Below, piece by piece: positions 61,483 through 64,000 of a stretch of 64,000 nucleotides of DNA. The notes beneath the pieces are model-generated. The model had not been told where the DNA came from. It searched no databases and was given only the letters and a program-made list of their open reading frames with translations. Source of the stretch: Alphaproteobacteria bacterium (GTDB lineage: Bacteria; Pseudomonadota; Alphaproteobacteria; UBA828); NCBI GenBank assembly GCA_965214705.1, contig OZ243972.1, positions 672,001 through 736,000 on the forward strand, given 5' to 3'. The first letter of the stretch is position 1. Every line of letters begins with the position of its first letter. Position numbers and translations under genes: made by a program.

Positions 61483-61770
61483 CTAGTGCGCCATCAGCAC
61501 CGGCACGGTCGTCTCCCGCAGGATGTCGTGCGTGACGCCGCCGAACAGCCGCTCGCGCAGGCGGTGGTGGCCGTAGCCGCCCATGACGAGGAGGCCGATG
61601 CCGTGATCGCCGATCTCGGAGAGCAGGACATCGCCCGTGTGGATGCCCAAGGAGGCCCGCGTGTGCCGAGCCTCCGCCCTGACTCCATGGTGCGCCAGAT
61701 GCGTGCTGATATCAGTGCCGGGTATGTGCCTGCCGTCGGACCTGTCGACCCCGAAAACGATTAGTGCCGG
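61483..61770 (-). pseudogene. Truncated USP paralogue (C-terminal part only)
   Basis: Closely similar to the 3' part of 60533..61354; no USP N-terminus. Confidence 0.75.
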
Positions 61771-61957
61771 CGCGGGCTCGGCAGGGCTGACGCGGGCGCG
61801 TACGGCGGTCTGCGGACGCTGTCCGGGCGTCTGTCGCAATTGCCGCCCGGCTGTCATCTGCCGTGCCCTCTCATCGTCCTCTCTCTTTCCGACATGGTGA
61901 GAAGGGAACATCGGCGCAAGGCCGGGGCGATCAGGGTCGTGGTGAGTACACCGCCGG

Positions 61958-62422
61958 CTAGGCCGGTGCGTCGCGGGAGGGAACCTGGGCCAACGCCCGG
62001 CCGGCAAGCACGGTCCGCTCGGCGACGGAGCACGTGGTCTCGAACTCGACGCGCCGACGCTCCGGGATCAGGCGGTCCACCACCGCCCGTGCGATCACCT
62101 CGTCGCCGGGGCGGACCGGAGCCGTGAATCGGAGGGACTGCGAGAGGTAAATGCAGCCCGGCCCCGGCATCCGGGTGCCGATGACTGTCGAGATCAATGC
62201 TGCGGTGCACATGCCGTGGACGATCCGGCCGCCGAAGCGCGAATGTTCGGCAAAGTCGTCGTCGAAGTGGAGCGGGTTGGTGTCGCCCGTCAGGTCGGCG
62301 AAGAGCCGCATCTCCTCGTCGTTGATAACGCGCCCGTATTCTGCGCTCATGCCAATCTTCAGGTCCTCGAAGAAATAACCGAATCGGGCATCGCCCGGGG
62401 CCGCCTGGGCCGCCTGCTCCAT
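61958..62422 (-). CDS. MaoC/PhaJ-family dehydratase
   Basis: FADLTGDTNPLH.D...IVHGM...PGPG.IY..Q.L.F.APV. Confidence 0.92.
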   Translation of the reverse strand: MEQAAQAAPGDARFGYFFEDLKIGMSAEYGRVINDEEMRLFADLTGDTNPLHFDDDFAEHSRFGGRIVHGMCTAALISTVIGTRMPGPGCIYLSQSLRFTAPVRPGDEVIARAVVDRLIPERRRVEFETTCSVAERTVLAGRALAQVPSRDAPA

Positions 62423-62656
62423 GATCGAATTCCCTCCTTCCGGGTTGCCGAGCGCCGGATTGTGCGGTGCAACAGAGCGCCTGGCAAGCGCGCGCCCATG
62501 ACCGGTCGCCGCCACCCTCCACACGCGGCTGCGGCCGCCTTGTTCGCTGGCGCGGGCGCGCGGTATATGTGGCGCTCCGGCAGGGGCTATATGTGTGGCG
62601 CTCCTGCAGGAGCGACGGCGCTCGCCGTCGGCGCGGCAATGAAGGGAGAAGAACCG

Positions 62657-64000
62657 ATGGCCAAGTTTCCGACGGTGCGCACACCGACGATCGAGGAGGT
62701 CCTCGACATCGCCGAGGGCTACGGCATGACGATTACCGTGGAGGACGCGGAATCGTTCCAGGGCCTCATGGCGGGCACGATCGCCTCCTATCACCGGCTC
62801 GACGATCTCGACGAGCCGAAGCTGCCCGTGAAGTATCCGCGCAGCACCGGCTACCGGCCGCCGCCGGAGGAGAACCCCTACAACGCCTGGTACTGGAAGT
62901 CCGAGGTCAAGGGCGCCAGCAGAGGGCCGCTCAAGGGCAAGAAAGTCGCGCTCAAGGACAACATCTGCCTCGCCGGCGTCCCGATGATGAACGGGGCGAC
63001 GGTGCTCGAGGGCTACGTGCCCGACATCGACGCGACCGTGGTGACCCGCATCCTCGATGCCGGCGGCACCATCGTCGGCAAGGCCGCCAACACCTATCTC
63101 TGCTTCGACGGCGGCAGCGCGACCACCGCCACCGGCATGGTCGATAACCCGCACAAGAGGGGCCATACCTGCGGCGGCTCGTCCGCCGGCAGCGGCGTGC
63201 TGGTGCTCACCGGCGAGGCGGACATGGCGCTCGGCGGCGACCAGGGCGGCTCGATCCGCATGCCGGCCTGCTGGAGCGGCATCTACGGGCACAAGCCCAC
63301 GCACGGCCTGGTGCCCTACACCGGCATCTTCCCCATCGAGATGACCCTCGACCACACCGGCCCCATGGCGCGCTCGGTGAGCGACGTGGCGGCCCTGCTC
63401 CAGGTCATCGCCGGTCCCGACGGGCAGGACCCCCGCCAGATCGGCACCAAGACCCAGCGCTACACGAGCGCCGTGGACAAGGGCGCGGACGGCATGAAGA
63501 TTGGCGTGGTCAAAGAGGGCTTCGGCCATCCCGAGAGCGAGGACGCCGTCGACAGCTGCGTCAGCGCGGCGGTCCGGCGCTTTGCCGAACTCGGCGCCAC
63601 GGTGGAGGAGATATCGATCCCCATGCACCTGGACGGCCCGCACATCTGGAACGGCATCGCCGTCGAGGGCGCCACCGCGCTGATGCTGAAGGGCAACGCC
63701 TTCGGCACCAACTGGGAGGGCTACTACACCACCTCGCTGATGGACGCCTACGCGCGCGGCTGGCGCTCACGGCCGGACGATCTCTCCGAGACCGTGAAGT
63801 ACGTCATGATGCTCGGCGAGTTCATGCACCGCGAGTACCACGGCCGCTACTACGCCAAGGCGCAGAACCTGAGCCGCCGGCTGCGCGAGACCTACGACGC
63901 AGCGCTCGCGGAATACGACGTGCTCGCGATGCCGACGCTACCGATGCTGGCGACCAAGCTGCCGGAGCCGGACTGCTCGCGCGAGGAGTACGTCGATGCC
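62657..64000 (+). CDS. Amidase signature family amidase; runs off the window edge
   Basis: Manual translation: VALKDN (Lys), GGSSAGS and GGDQGGSIRMP (Ser). Confidence 0.93.
   Translation, partial: MAKFPTVRTPTIEEVLDIAEGYGMTITVEDAESFQGLMAGTIASYHRLDDLDEPKLPVKYPRSTGYRPPPEENPYNAWYWKSEVKGASRGPLKGKKVALKDNICLAGVPMMNGATVLEGYVPDIDATVVTRILDAGGTIVGKAANTYLCFDGGSATTATGMVDNPHKRGHTCGGSSAGSGVLVLTGEADMALGGDQGGSIRMPACWSGIYGHKPTHGLVPYTGIFPIEMTLDHTGPMARSVSDVAALLQVIAGPDGQDPRQIGTKTQRYTSAVDKGADGMKIGVVKEGFGHPESEDAVDSCVSAAVRRFAELGATVEEISIPMHLDGPHIWNGIAVEGATALMLKGNAFGTNWEGYYTTSLMDAYARGWRSRPDDLSETVKYVMMLGEFMHREYHGRYYAKAQNLSRRLRETYDAALAEYDVLAMPTLPMLATKLPEPDCSREEYVDA

Noticed and set aside
155-63770. Many long antisense or alternate-frame ORFs (e.g. 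769..1725, 7972..9225, 33401..34924, 43316..44575, N-terminal part of 61958..63643)
   Set aside because: They are shadow ORFs of well-supported genes in high-GC DNA, Arg/Ala/Gly-rich and without motifs.

Overview
GC-rich bacterial chromosome segment, probably alphaproteobacterial (GAAC-N7-GAAT LexA box before imuA). It is dominated by a ~53 kb genomic island (2765..55822) integrated at the 3' end of tRNA-Ser(GCT) and bounded by a perfect 26-bp direct repeat. The island starts with a P4/PICI-like core (integrase, AlpA, Zn-finger/Toprim primase), followed by decayed defence and plasmid genes (DISARM drmB fragment and others) and an IS110 element with a bridge-RNA-sized non-coding end. Next is a TIR-rich defence locus: TIR-SLOG-TIR-TIR on the minus strand and a divergent mini-nuclease, TIR and 2-TM protein on the plus strand. 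Removing an ISKra4-like insertion in silico (8-bp TSD) shows that the divergent TIR and the 2-TM gene were originally coupled by an ATGA overlap. An AT-rich 3.2 kb IS1-family transposon carrying ClpP-like and Cas2/SinR-like passengers truncates that 2-TM gene and a MazG-UDG-HEPN-like module. The rest of the island is IS debris plus catabolic cargo: a Mo-hydroxylase L/S pair, RidA, cupins, two ABC transporters, hydrolases, a surface lipoprotein and a group II intron remnant. The flanks are ordinary metabolic genes, including an apparently MIO-less aromatic amino acid lyase homologue. All family calls come from motif recognition by eye; no database searches were run.
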